DNA of 64,000 nucleotides. Origin: Armatimonadota bacterium. Lineage in GTDB: Bacteria > Armatimonadota > UBA5829 > DTLH01. Within the stretch, counting starts at the first letter, position 1; every line of letters starts with the position of its first letter. The position numbers were made by a program, and so were the translations under genes. Below, piece by piece: positions 1-9,197 of the stretch. Location of the stretch: NCBI GenBank assembly GCA_038207085.1, contig JBBRAE010000005.1:1-64000 (forward strand), written 5' to 3'. The notes below the pieces were generated by a model. That model did no database searches, was not told where the DNA came from, and was given only the letters and a program-made list of their open reading frames with translations.

Positions 1-105
1 ACGGTAGACGCGCTGATCGACTCCGCCCACCACGCGCTAAACCGCGCCAAGTTCTCAGGCAAAAACCGGGTGCGAAGCTGCCACGAACTCGCCAAAGCCA
101 GTTAG
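1..105 (+). CDS. C-terminal end of a GGDEF (diguanylate cyclase-like) domain protein, partial
   Basis: Frame 1 reads TVDALIDSAHHALNRAKFSGKNRVRSCHELAKAS*, matching the GGDEF C-terminal A-D-x-A-L-Y-x-A-K-x-x-G-K/R-N-R-V motif (somewhat degenerate). Confidence 0.7.
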   Translation, partial: TVDALIDSAHHALNRAKFSGKNRVRSCHELAKAS

Positions 106-197
106 CCCGCTTTATTCGCTTCTCGAATAAAGCTTTCGCTAACAGAGCATTATTCACACTACTCGTGAATAATGCGAGTTAGCCCGCTTTGTTCGCG
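103..197. repeat. TTAG-bounded double-hairpin dispersed repeat (copy 1, 103-182, plus a partial tandem unit 180-197)
   Basis: Near-identical to 62091-62170; partial copy at 48296-48332. Confidence 0.9.
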
Positions 198-198
198 T

Positions 199-747
199 TT
201 AGAAACCCAGCGGTTTTCCGTCGACGTACAGATTGCGGATCGTCGCGGACCCGCCTCGGTCCAAGACGGCTTCTACTTCTATCTTGCGCTGGCGTCCGTT
301 CGTCCCCCACATCAGGCTGTTGACGTAGTCTTCCTTGTCCTCGGGGATATAGTAGCGGTCAATGCCGTAGTCGACCCAAATCCCGCGCCCTGAGGCGTGT
401 TTGATTCGCCCACGGATGAACAACTGCCCCTGGTCTGACGAAGGCATGGTCAGTGAGACGCCGCTGGGCTTGGCGAGCCCGCGGCGATCATTCTGCAAGA
501 GCACATAGACCGTGCGATCGCGCGTATACTGCTTTGCGTGATCAACTTGGCCCATCGCGGCAAGATCGATCCGTGATATGTCATAGCTGAGCGCCGCATA
601 GTGACCCATAAACAGGCTTCGCGGGTCCACCGGAACCGTACTCAGGCGCACCACCTTCCCACGCATAAGCTTGATCTGTGTCGAACCCGCCTGCACCAAC
701 AGAAACGCGATCTGCAGCCCAACGATGATATAAAAAAGCTTTCTCAT
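199..747 (-). CDS. GDYXXLXY-domain membrane-anchored protein
   Basis: N-terminal TM segment; PVDPRSLFMGHYAALSY and YGIDRYYIPE motifs; 4-nt overlap with the DUF2157 gene, its usual partner. Confidence 0.85.
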   Translation of the reverse strand: MRKLFYIIVGLQIAFLLVQAGSTQIKLMRGKVVRLSTVPVDPRSLFMGHYAALSYDISRIDLAAMGQVDHAKQYTRDRTVYVLLQNDRRGLAKPSGVSLTMPSSDQGQLFIRGRIKHASGRGIWVDYGIDRYYIPEDKEDYVNSLMWGTNGRQRKIEVEAVLDRGGSATIRNLYVDGKPLGF

Positions 748-2048
748 AGCGCCCCCCTCTCAGCGATCTGTGCGAGCAACCCACGCCTGTAGCGCTCCAG
801 AACAAACCCACCGACGACCAAAAGCAGCCCCGCGCCGATGAATAGCATTCCGCTGTTCAGCATCGAACCAAAGAGGTCGAAGTATCGGGTAAAGACCTGA
901 AGCGCAAAGAAGGCGATGCCGATATTGGCAAGCGCAGGCTCATTTCGCACCCAACCAAGCGTGACAAGCCCGATCTCAGAGACAAAGAGCGCGAGGTTGA
1001 AGACCACCACGGCTCCCATCCAGTCCGCCGGATTACGCACAAACACTGCGAAAGAAGCAGACGTGAGGATCAGGAGCAATACCCCCAGCATCTCGTAGGG
1101 AGCACCCTTTTCGCGCCTTCGAACCGAGTCAACAAGCGCCAGTGCCGCAAGAAGCAGCGCAGCGGCGGTCCAGACATAAGGCTCAGCGACAAGCATGCTC
1201 GCCGCGTGACTCCCCCGATATCCCCAACTTTCCCAAAACCACTTGAAACTCAGGATATAGATACACGTCAAAGAGACCAAAAGTCCCAGGGTGCGGTAGG
1301 GCCACTGCAGAGTGGAGAACCTTGGTGAAGATGAGTGCAGCCTGCCCAGGGAGTAGAGCCCAAGTCCCGCCGCTACAAGCACGGGGACGACCATCTCGGC
1401 GGATTGATATCTGTTTGCGCTCATCACAAGCCATGTGACCCCAAGCACAACCCCGAGCGCAAGATGCAGCCGAGAAACGAGCACGTAGGCGAGAGGGATC
1501 ACCCCTACAAACCAAAAGAAGACAGCCTGATCTTCTCCGCCGCTCCCTCCGGTGCTGTACATCTGCCCGACAAGAAAGATGCTTGCGCCCCAAAGAAGCG
1601 ACCCGAGAAGCAGCAGCGCTCCTCCAACCTTGGGATACTTTTGCGAGCGGTAGCTCATCACATATCCGGCGTGATAGCTTGCCGCAGTCGCGCCGACCAG
1701 AAGAGCCAATCTGACTGCTTTGGGGATCGCCTGCCAGTTTGATCCGAGCACCAGCACCACCCCGACGCCGACCAGGATCACGCCAAGAAACGCAAGCACC
1801 CAGACAAGCCTGGACTGACGCACGCTTCTTTGGTTTTCACCGGGGACGCGCCCGTAGCGAGCCAGAATCTCCTCAGCTTGTTCAGGCCGGATCAGCCCCT
1901 CGCCTTGCCAGTCCTTGACCTCTCGTTCGAGCCTTTCGCCAAAGGCGGAATCTTCTTGTACAGTCAACTCGTCTCGCTCCCTAGTTCCGTTGTGAACATC
2001 CGAAACCTGTCTGCCTGCTATGTTACTTCCGTGGTGTGTCATTGTCAA
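744..2048 (-). CDS. DUF2157 family membrane protein
   Basis: W-x-x-EGLI-x-x-EQA...Y then VLGSNWQAIP, GASIFLVGQMY; many TM helices; true start may be further downstream. Confidence 0.85.
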   Translation of the reverse strand: MTMTHHGSNIAGRQVSDVHNGTRERDELTVQEDSAFGERLEREVKDWQGEGLIRPEQAEEILARYGRVPGENQRSVRQSRLVWVLAFLGVILVGVGVVLVLGSNWQAIPKAVRLALLVGATAASYHAGYVMSYRSQKYPKVGGALLLLGSLLWGASIFLVGQMYSTGGSGGEDQAVFFWFVGVIPLAYVLVSRLHLALGVVLGVTWLVMSANRYQSAEMVVPVLVAAGLGLYSLGRLHSSSPRFSTLQWPYRTLGLLVSLTCIYILSFKWFWESWGYRGSHAASMLVAEPYVWTAAALLLAALALVDSVRRREKGAPYEMLGVLLLILTSASFAVFVRNPADWMGAVVVFNLALFVSEIGLVTLGWVRNEPALANIGIAFFALQVFTRYFDLFGSMLNSGMLFIGAGLLLVVGGFVLERYRRGLLAQIAERGAL

Positions 2049-2294
2049 GCCTTGGGCGCAATTCGGGGTAATCTGAAGCTCTAGTCGACGGATGTTCCTC
2101 TTGTGGACAGAAACCGGTGTAGTTCTGAACCCTTATAGTCCTACTCGCGAATAAGTGTCGCAGGATGACCTATATTTGTCACACATTGACCGGGCCAAAA
2201 GGCTCAATGTGGCCCAAATATCAACCTCAGCCATTACGCATGGGCATGCGTGCGAAAAAAAGTAAGATTTTTCTTTGATTGCCTGCATAATGGG

Positions 2295-2323
2295 TTGACA
2301 AAGCAGAGGTGTTATGCCAAAAT
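2295..2323 (+). promoter_or_regulatory. sigma-70-type promoter for orphan transcript
   Basis: TTGACA (2295-2300), 17 nt, TGn-CAAAAT (2315-2323); no credible + strand ORF follows. Confidence 0.6.
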
Positions 2324-2329
2324 ACTATT

Positions 2330-2508
2330 GTCTGAAGCGATCAGGATTATGGGACTTGACTGACGGAATCTGTCAGTAGTTGGTGCCCGGCTCGGACAAC
2401 GATTTTGATACCAAGTGTGCAAATCCTTCCCCCCTCAAGGATTTGCATCCTCGGCAGGTGCGGCGGTTTACCGCCGCACCTCCCCCCTTATATAGGGGCT
2501 ATTTTTTT
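2330..2508 (+). ncRNA. candidate sRNA with C-rich loop
   Basis: Promoter upstream; hairpins 2330-2397, 2417-2448 (loop CCCCCCTC), 2456-2481, 2484-2498; T7 run at 2502-2508. Confidence 0.55.
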
Positions 2509-2589
2509 GTACGACCCATCTTCATTCCCACCCACCGGCGCGCGAAATACTGACAGAGGTGGGTCTACTTCGGGGTTTGGTAGCGCTCG

Positions 2590-3900
2590 CTACAGTCGCA
2601 CGTGGGTCTTGACCTCAAGATACCTATTGACGACCGCAGGGGACAGCGTCCCGGGCTCCGAGTCGACCACTACAACGCCTGCCTGCTCAAGCTCGGCTAT
2701 CGCCAGGGCGCGATCCCTTAGGACCTCGACCGCCGCGGCCTTCTCATAGAGCTCAAGCATCTCACCGGGAACCGCGCGCGCGGAGGAGAGCACGCTTGAG
2801 TCAGATATCGCGACGCACATGCACAGATGCGTCGAGGCGAGGGAGTTCAAGTTCATGATCACCTGGCGCGAAGACTCGGGGTCGAGCAAATCGGTGAAGA
2901 CGACCACAAGCGAGCGCTTCCGCCACCTCCGCGCAAGATACAAAAACGCCCCCGCGTAGTCGCTCTCCTCAGTCGTCAAGGGAACGTTGTAGAGCGAGCT
3001 CATAATCGCAAGCGCCTGCGCCCGCCCCTTGCCAGGCGGCAGGAACGCGCCAATCTTGTCCGAAAACGAAAGCATCCCCACCTTGTCGTCCCCGGAGGCC
3101 GCGACGTAGGCGAGCATCAAGGCCGCGTTGATCGCGTAGTCGAGTTTGGTCATGTCTTCGACGCGCACGGACATCGTGCGTCCGGCGTCTAGCAGAATGA
3201 TCACATTCTGGCTGCGCTCCACCTGATACTGGCGGCTGGTCAGCCTGCCGCGCCGGGCAGAGGCCTTCCAGTCCACCTGACGGAACTCGTCATCGGGCAC
3301 GTAGTCACGAAGCGACTCAAACTCAGTCCCCCGGCCAAAGAGCTTCATCTTCCTCGCGCCGGTCTCGATCGTCCTGCCCCTTCGGATCATCAGTTCCATC
3401 TTGCGAAGATCGATCAGGTTCGGGTAGACCTTCACGTCAGATGCGGCGGGGTACCTATACTGCCGAGTGACGAGCCCGAACGGCCCATCAACGCGGACGA
3501 ATATATCGCCGAAGCGGTAGTCGCCCCGTGCGTGCGGGGTCAGGTGATAGTCGATCTCACAGGTTTCCCGAGGTTTCAGGCTGAGGCTCCGGGTGTTTCC
3601 AACACTGGTAAACTGATGCGGCGGCTCATCGCGCAAGCTTAGGCTGACACCAGTCCGCCCGCGGTTTCGGAGGCAAAGCTCGACCTTGTTCTGCGCGCCA
3701 AGCGAGAGCTTATCGTCCACGCGGCGTTCTATTTCTATTGAAGAAGCCGCCGGAGTCGTGAAGAAGTCGGTCAGCCCCGCGGCAACAAGCGCCGCGAGAT
3801 AGACGAGCCCGAGCGCAAGCGCGGCGGGGAGCACCCCCGACAGAGCAAGCGGCACGACCCCAAGAGCAAGCAGGACTAGGAACCTTTTTGATATAATCAT
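2590..3900 (-). CDS. DUF58 family protein (MoxR-associated, vWA-like)
   Basis: GTEFESLRDYVPDDEFRQVDWKASARRG and ILLDAGRTM motifs; N-terminal TM segments. Confidence 0.9.
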   Translation of the reverse strand: MIISKRFLVLLALGVVPLALSGVLPAALALGLVYLAALVAAGLTDFFTTPAASSIEIERRVDDKLSLGAQNKVELCLRNRGRTGVSLSLRDEPPHQFTSVGNTRSLSLKPRETCEIDYHLTPHARGDYRFGDIFVRVDGPFGLVTRQYRYPAASDVKVYPNLIDLRKMELMIRRGRTIETGARKMKLFGRGTEFESLRDYVPDDEFRQVDWKASARRGRLTSRQYQVERSQNVIILLDAGRTMSVRVEDMTKLDYAINAALMLAYVAASGDDKVGMLSFSDKIGAFLPPGKGRAQALAIMSSLYNVPLTTEESDYAGAFLYLARRWRKRSLVVVFTDLLDPESSRQVIMNLNSLASTHLCMCVAISDSSVLSSARAVPGEMLELYEKAAAVEVLRDRALAIAELEQAGVVVVDSEPGTLSPAVVNRYLEVKTHVRL

Positions 3901-4048
3901 GTCAGTGGTACCCTCTTACACGCTTTCCCGCGCAAATCCTTCTCTGCTGCGCTGGCGAGAATAATAGCTGATGCGTTGGGGTTAGAACACGTCAAAGTGG
4001 GTATAACTGTAAGGTTGAGTTTGTTTTAGGAGCGACAACAACGGCGTA

Positions 4049-4879
4049 ATGGCAAAAGCTGATCTCCATGTACATTCGACGGCATCGGACGGGCTTCTTT
4101 CACCAACAAAGGTGGTCGAGGCCGCCGCCCGCGCGGGTCTTGGCGCCGTAGCGCTTGCCGACCACGACACCGTCGGAGGGCTCGATGAGGCGATGGAAGC
4201 CGGTCGCAGGCTCGGCGTGGAGGTTGTCCCCGCAGTGGAGCTCAACACCGATTTTGGCTTGGTCGAGATTCACATCCTCGGCTACTTCTTCGACTGGAAA
4301 AGCCCCAAGCTGCTTGAAAAGCTCGCCAAACTTCGCCATGCGAGGGTGGAACGTGGCCGCAAGATGGTCGAAAAGCTCCGAGAGCTCGGCGTGCCGCTCA
4401 CGATGGAGAGGGTGCTGGAGCACTCCGGCGGCGGCTCGGTGGGCCGCCCGCATGTCGCGCACGCGCTGGTCGAGATGGGCGCTGTCCCCAACACCAATGA
4501 AGCGTTCAACCAGTTTCTGGTCCGAGGCGCGCCAGCCTACGTTGCACGCACCAAGATGACCCCTGTCGACGCCGTAAACGTGATTATGGAAGCAGGTGGC
4601 GTAGCAGGAATCGCCCACCCCGCGAAAGCCGGACGTGACCGACTGATAAGCGACCTGGTGAAATACGGCCTCGGCGCAATCGAAGCATTCCACATCGACC
4701 ACGGCCCCGACTACGCGCGACACTACCAAGCCCTAGCCCGCCGCTTCGGCCTGATCCCAACCGGCGGCTCCGACGCCCACGGCTTTGACTCAAACGGCGT
4801 CAGCACCATCGGCAATACGACGGTCGATATGGAAATCGTGGAGCTGTTGAGGGAAGCCGCGCCCGCCGCGAACGCGTGA
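4049..4879 (+). CDS. PHP-domain phosphoesterase (TrpH/YciV family)
   Basis: DLHVHSTASDG, ALADHDT, GRPHVA, AHP, GGSDAHG motifs. Confidence 0.92.
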   Translation: MAKADLHVHSTASDGLLSPTKVVEAAARAGLGAVALADHDTVGGLDEAMEAGRRLGVEVVPAVELNTDFGLVEIHILGYFFDWKSPKLLEKLAKLRHARVERGRKMVEKLRELGVPLTMERVLEHSGGGSVGRPHVAHALVEMGAVPNTNEAFNQFLVRGAPAYVARTKMTPVDAVNVIMEAGGVAGIAHPAKAGRDRLISDLVKYGLGAIEAFHIDHGPDYARHYQALARRFGLIPTGGSDAHGFDSNGVSTIGNTTVDMEIVELLREAAPAANA

Positions 4880-4908
4880 AGACTGTCTGCGGCGAACAAG
4901 TCTGACCT

Positions 4909-5020
4909 CGGAGTGCGGCGAGCGAACGCCGCTTTCACAGATATTCCGACTGACTCACACTCGGCGCTTGCGCGCCTGTCTATCGCCCAAAAACAAAGCG
5001 GCGCGAGCGCGCCGCACTCC
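4909..5020. repeat. inverted pair of REP-like palindromes (GGAGTGCGGCG family)
   Basis: GGAGTGCGGCG..CGCCGCTTT at 4910-4935 and AAAGCGGCG..CGCCGCACTCC at 4995-5020; third copy at 12266-12296. Confidence 0.8.
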
Positions 5021-5111
5021 ATAGAAAGTCCGCTCCGTCCAAAAACCCCTGTTCCCTTATCCCTACAGACTCTGCTATACTATATGTAACCTGCGTGTTT
5101 GGAGTAATAGC

Positions 5112-5744
5112 TTGATAAGGATCGTCGACTATGGAATGGGCAACCTGCGAAGCGTCGAGAAGGCGCTGGAACGTATCGGGCAGGATGTGGCCATGACACA
5201 GGACGCGGGGGAGATCCAGGAAGCGGACAAACTTGTCCTCCCCGGCGTCGGCGCGTTTGGAGCGGCTATGGCTAACCTTGAGAAACTCGAGCTGGTCGAG
5301 CCGATTCGTGAGTTCGCGCGCTCCGGGAAGCCGTTTCTTGGGATCTGCCTCGGGATGCAGGTGCTCCTCGCCGAAAGCGAAGAGATGGGCGTCTATGGCG
5401 GCCTCAGTCTTGTCCCCGGACGAGTCGTCAAGTTCTTCCAGCCAGCCGACATCGGCCCGGCGACTCAGGGCCTCAAGGTTCCGCATATGGGATGGAACAA
5501 GCTCAACCCCAAGCTCGATTGTCCGCTGCTTCAAGGAGTCCCCGAAGGTTCAAGCGTCTACTTCGTCCACTCGTTTTACGCAGATCCACCCCGTGAGTTT
5601 GTAGCCGCGACGTCAGACTACGGAATAGAGTTCTGTTCGATCATCCAAAAAGACAACGTCGTCGCCACGCAGTTCCACCCGGAAAAAAGCGGGCTCGTCG
5701 GCCTGAAGATGCTCGAAAACTTCGCGGCAATGAATAGTATTTAG
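5112..5744 (+). CDS. hisH: imidazole glycerol phosphate synthase glutaminase subunit
   Basis: IVDYGMGNLRSV, LPGVGAF, GICLGMQ, VPHMGWN, YFVHSF, QFHPEKS; TG-C-TATACT extended -10 near 5074-5082. Confidence 0.97.
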   Translation: MIRIVDYGMGNLRSVEKALERIGQDVAMTQDAGEIQEADKLVLPGVGAFGAAMANLEKLELVEPIREFARSGKPFLGICLGMQVLLAESEEMGVYGGLSLVPGRVVKFFQPADIGPATQGLKVPHMGWNKLNPKLDCPLLQGVPEGSSVYFVHSFYADPPREFVAATSDYGIEFCSIIQKDNVVATQFHPEKSGLVGLKMLENFAAMNSI

Positions 5745-5748
5745 AATC

Positions 5749-5836
5749 TCGGCATGAAGACTATCGCAGCGCAAACTGCGCGCCGCTGTCGTCTTCGCCA
5801 CGATGGGAACGCAAATGGCAAAAGACGCCATTTACG
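5749..5836 (+). promoter_or_regulatory. structured leader element, copy A (upstream of hisA)
   Basis: P1 stem, CTATCGC..GCTGTCG module, GGGAAC, hairpin CGCAAATGGC/GCCATTTACG, then AGGAG; homologous to 6648-6730 and 44784-44907. Confidence 0.6.
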
Positions 5837-5849
5837 TAGGAGAAAAACC

Positions 5850-6593
5850 TTGCAAGTCATACCTGCCATAGACATTATCAACGGGCGATGCGTCCGGCTG
5901 GTCCGAGGAGACTACGATCAGGAGACGGTCTACTCAGACAACCCCGTGGAAATGGCGATCAAGTGGCAGGAGCAGGGGGCTTCCAGGCTGCATATAGTAG
6001 ACCTCGACGGCGCACGGATGGGCGCACCGCACAACATCGAAACGATCAAAAAGATCGCTGAAGCGCTTTCTATCCCCGTGCAACTCGGCGGCGGCATCCG
6101 CACGCTTGATACTGCGAAGAAGGTGCTCGACGCGGGGGTCCAGCGGGTGATCGTCGGCACATCCGCCGCGCTTGATAACAACGTCGCAAACGAGATGTTC
6201 GGAACCCTGGGCGAGCAGGCGATACTCGATGTCGCTGCGCTGAACGGCTACGTCGCGGTGCGAGGCTGGCAGGCGCGCACAGAAGAGCGTGCTGTCGACT
6301 TCGCCAAGAGAATGCTCGAATACGGCGCAAAGAGAATTATTTTTACCGACATAGACCGCGACGGCATGCTCCAGGGAGTGAATACGTTCGCAGTTGAGCG
6401 AATGCTCCGCGAGGTAAACGTCCCAGTGATCGCAAGCGGCGGCGTCGGATGCGTAGAGGATATCAAGCGCCTGGCAGCGCTTCAGGAGTCGGGCCTTGAG
6501 GGCGTGATCCTCGGCAAGGCGCTCTACACAGGCGCGGTGGAGCTTAGCGAAGCTCTAGCTGCGATCTCATTTTCTTGTGGAACCACCCAATAG
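5850..6593 (+). CDS. hisA: phosphoribosylformimino-AICAR-P isomerase
   Basis: VIPAIDIINGRCVRL, LHIVDLDGA, QLGGGIR, TDIDRDGML, IASGGV; start set at TTG 5850 after AGGAG because the longer ORF-track start runs through the leader element. Confidence 0.96.
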   Translation: MQVIPAIDIINGRCVRLVRGDYDQETVYSDNPVEMAIKWQEQGASRLHIVDLDGARMGAPHNIETIKKIAEALSIPVQLGGGIRTLDTAKKVLDAGVQRVIVGTSAALDNNVANEMFGTLGEQAILDVAALNGYVAVRGWQARTEERAVDFAKRMLEYGAKRIIFTDIDRDGMLQGVNTFAVERMLREVNVPVIASGGVGCVEDIKRLAALQESGLEGVILGKALYTGAVELSEALAAISFSCGTTQ

Positions 6594-6598
6594 TTTTG

Positions 6599-6607
6599 TG
6601 TTATAAT
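6599..6607 (+). promoter_or_regulatory. extended -10 promoter of porD
   Basis: TG-T-TATAAT. Confidence 0.6.
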
Positions 6608-6647
6608 AATTACGAACGGGGCCACGCAGGCCCGAGTTGCTGAGTCT

Positions 6648-6730
6648 ATCACGGTGAGCACTCTCGCACTGCAAACGGCGCTGTCGTATTTACCGTGATG
6701 GGAACGTAAATGGCAAAAAGCGCCATTTAC
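6648..6730 (+). promoter_or_regulatory. structured leader element, copy B (5' UTR of porD)
   Basis: ATCACGGTGAGCA/TATTTACCGTGAT stem, CTCTCGC..GCTGTCG, GGGAAC, GTAAATGGC/GCCATTTAC hairpin, then AAGGAG. Confidence 0.6.
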
Positions 6731-6745
6731 TAAGGAGATGTGTAA

Positions 6746-7066
6746 ATGTCAAAGCTTGAAGAGAAGAAAATACAGCATGAGCCGGCGTGGCATGAGCTGC
6801 CCAAGGCTGGTCTGATGATAGATGCGGGTAGCGCCGAGCAGTATAAAACCGGGGACTGGAGAACTCTCCGCCCGATTTGGAACAAAGATAAGTGCATCAG
6901 CTGCCTCGTGTGCTGGATGTTCTGTCCTGACAGCTCGATTCAGGTCGAGGAAGGCAAGGTAGTCGGCATCGATTACGATCACTGCAAAGGTTGCGGGATC
7001 TGCGCTGCCGAGTGCCCGCCCAAGGTCAAGGCAATAGATATGAAGTCGGAAGCGGATTTCCGCTAA
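6746..7066 (+). CDS. porD: 2-oxoacid:ferredoxin oxidoreductase delta subunit (2x[4Fe-4S])
   Basis: KTGDWRTLRP, CISCLVCWMFCPD, IDYDHCKGCGICAAECP. Confidence 0.88.
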   Translation: MSKLEEKKIQHEPAWHELPKAGLMIDAGSAEQYKTGDWRTLRPIWNKDKCISCLVCWMFCPDSSIQVEEGKVVGIDYDHCKGCGICAAECPPKVKAIDMKSEADFR

Positions 7067-7090
7067 CCGCTTCAGTGTCAACCCCCTAAC

Positions 7091-7130
7091 AAAAACGAGC
7101 CGCCTATGAGTGTGGGCGGCTCGTTTTATT
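7091..7130. terminator. bidirectional intrinsic terminator between porD and tkt
   Basis: AAAAACGAGCCGCC-loop-GGCGGCTCGTTTT between convergent genes. Confidence 0.85.
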
Positions 7131-7136
7131 GTACCC

Positions 7137-9197
7137 CTAAGCGAACCCCGGCGCGCCTTCGATCGTTGGACGCTGGGGGTCTGATCTTCGTGCCTCTAAA
7201 TACGCAACCACCCGCTCCGTGACGGCTTCGGGAGTGAAGCCAAGCTCTTTTGCGATCGCCTTGTAGGGCGCGGATGAGCCGAAGTGGTCGATCCCGATGA
7301 TCATCCCCCACGGACCTGCGTAGCGGTACCAGCTCATGGGCGACGCCGCTTCGATTATGACCCGATTTTGCACGTTTGTCGGGAGTATCGACTCTTTATA
7401 CTCCCGAGGCTGGCGCTCAAAAAGCGCGTGGCTCGGGAAGCTTACTAGCCGTGCGTTGATTTGTCGATTCGCAAGCTCATCTGCCGCGGCGAGGGCTACG
7501 TGCAGCTCACTTCCTGTCGCGATCAGTATCACCTCGATCGCCCCTTCAGGCTCGCGGACGACGTACGCGCCGCGTTCCACACCCCGCACGCTTTCGGGGT
7601 CGGCGCGCTTGATCTGCGGGAGCTTCTGGCGGGTTAGCGCAATGGCGGTTGGGCCGTGGTGGTTCGCGATGGCGACCGACCAGGCTACGGCGGTCTCAGC
7701 GGCGTCTGCGGGCCGGATGATGTTCATCCCCGGAATCGCACGGATGCTTGCTAGGTGCTCGATCGGCTGGTGGGTCGGGCCGTCCTCCCCGAGGAATATA
7801 CTGTCGTGGGTGAAGACATAGATCACCTGCGCGTGCTGCATCGACGCCAGGCGCATCGTCGGGCGCATGTAGTCGGAGAATATCAAAAACGTCGCGGCAA
7901 ACGGGATAAACGCGCCCGAAAGCGAGAGCCCCGTGCACGCCGCGCTCATCGCGTGTTCACGCACCCCGAAGTGGAAGTTTCGTCCCTCGAAATGATCTTT
8001 TTCGATCTGATCGAAGCCTTTGAGAGTCGTCTTGGTCGATGGCGCGAGATCAGCCGAGCCGCCGACGAAGCTTGGGACCAGGCGCGCGATCTCCTGCATT
8101 ATGCGACCTCCCGAATCCCGAGTCGCTTCGTCCGCATCGGTCACTGCGACCTCAAGCAGTCGGCTTGTGATGTCCTTGGGGACGCGTTTGCCCATCATCT
8201 GCGCCCACATGCTCGCAAGCTCGGGGTAGGCCTCACGGTAGCGGGCGAACATAACGCTCCACTGGTGAAAAAGCTCCTCCATCTCGCGCCTGCGCTCGGC
8301 AAAGAGCGCGTAGACCTCGTCGGGCACGAGAAAAGTCGGTTCAAGGGGCCAGCCCAAATTCTTCTTCATCGCCTCCACTTCTTCCGCGCCGAGCGGCTCC
8401 CCGTGGGCCTCCTTGGTGTCCTGCTTGTGAGGCGCGCCGTAGCCGATGTGCGTGCGGGCGATGATCAGACTCGGTCGGCGTTCTTCTGCGACCGCGGCGG
8501 CTATCGCTTCGTCGGCGGCCTCACGATCGTGCCCCATTATCTTCTGGACGTGCCAGCCGTAGCCCTCGAAACGCTCCTCCACGTCGTCGGTATAGGCAAG
8601 CTCGGTATCCCCTTCGATCGAGATGTGGTTGTCATCGTAAATGTAGACGATGTTCCCAAGCCCGAGGTGCCCCGCGAGGCTCGCCGCTTCGTGGCTAATT
8701 CCTTCCATCAGGTCGCCGTCACTTGCGATGGCGTAGACGAGGTTGTCGACGATCGGGAAGCCCGGTCTGTTGAACCTCGCCGCAAGCATCTTGGATGCAA
8801 TCGCCATCCCCACCCCGTTTGCGAAACCCTGACCAAGAGGCCCGGTAGTCGCCTCGACCCCAGGGGTCAGCTCGTGCTCGGGGTGGCCGGGGGTGATGCT
8901 CCCCCACTGCCGAAAGTTTTTCAGCTGCTCCATCGGCATATCGTACCCAGCGAGGTGCAGGAGCGCGTAAAGAAGCATCGAGCCGTGACCGGCCGACAGA
9001 ACGAACCTGTCCCGGTTCTGCCAGCCCGGGACCGATGGGTTGTATCTCAGGTACTTGTTCCAGAGAACAAAGGTGTAGTCGGCTGCGCCCGACGGCAGGC
9101 CGGGGTGGCCTGAGTTGGCCTTCTCCACCGTGTCGACTGCGAGAAATCGTATAGTGTTGACCGCGAGCTGGTCGATGCTGCTATCGTTCATTGTCAC
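7137..9197 (-). CDS. tkt: transketolase
   Basis: [58 protein letters not shown]. Confidence 0.98.
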   Translation of the reverse strand: MTMNDSSIDQLAVNTIRFLAVDTVEKANSGHPGLPSGAADYTFVLWNKYLRYNPSVPGWQNRDRFVLSAGHGSMLLYALLHLAGYDMPMEQLKNFRQWGSITPGHPEHELTPGVEATTGPLGQGFANGVGMAIASKMLAARFNRPGFPIVDNLVYAIASDGDLMEGISHEAASLAGHLGLGNIVYIYDDNHISIEGDTELAYTDDVEERFEGYGWHVQKIMGHDREAADEAIAAAVAEERRPSLIIARTHIGYGAPHKQDTKEAHGEPLGAEEVEAMKKNLGWPLEPTFLVPDEVYALFAERRREMEELFHQWSVMFARYREAYPELASMWAQMMGKRVPKDITSRLLEVAVTDADEATRDSGGRIMQEIARLVPSFVGGSADLAPSTKTTLKGFDQIEKDHFEGRNFHFGVREHAMSAACTGLSLSGAFIPFAATFLIFSDYMRPTMRLASMQHAQVIYVFTHDSIFLGEDGPTHQPIEHLASIRAIPGMNIIRPADAAETAVAWSVAIANHHGPTAIALTRQKLPQIKRADPESVRGVERGAYVVREPEGAIEVILIATGSELHVALAAADELANRQINARLVSFPSHALFERQPREYKESILPTNVQNRVIIEAASPMSWYRYAGPWGMIIGIDHFGSSAPYKAIAKELGFTPEAVTERVVAYLEARRSDPQRPTIEGAPGFA

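Noticed and set aside
2415..2430. GTGCAAATCC resembling a tRNA T-arm
   Set aside because: No cloverleaf, acceptor stem or CCA; it pairs within a 12-bp hairpin instead
2405..2749. 114-aa + strand ORF downstream of the 2295 promoter
   Set aside because: No SD; runs through hairpins, the terminator and antisense into the DUF58 gene
5754..5849. ORF-track N-terminal extensions of HisA, Tag (34567), the lipoprotein (29479) and the PrsA-like protein (23163)
   Set aside because: They translate repeat or leader DNA; SD-supported or homology-supported starts lie downstream
7755..9113. Long antisense ORFs (also 27277-28245, 57908-59254, 59568-60695, 46658-47542, 42191-43105)
   Set aside because: Shadows of well-supported genes on the opposite strand in GC-rich DNA; no recognisable motifs
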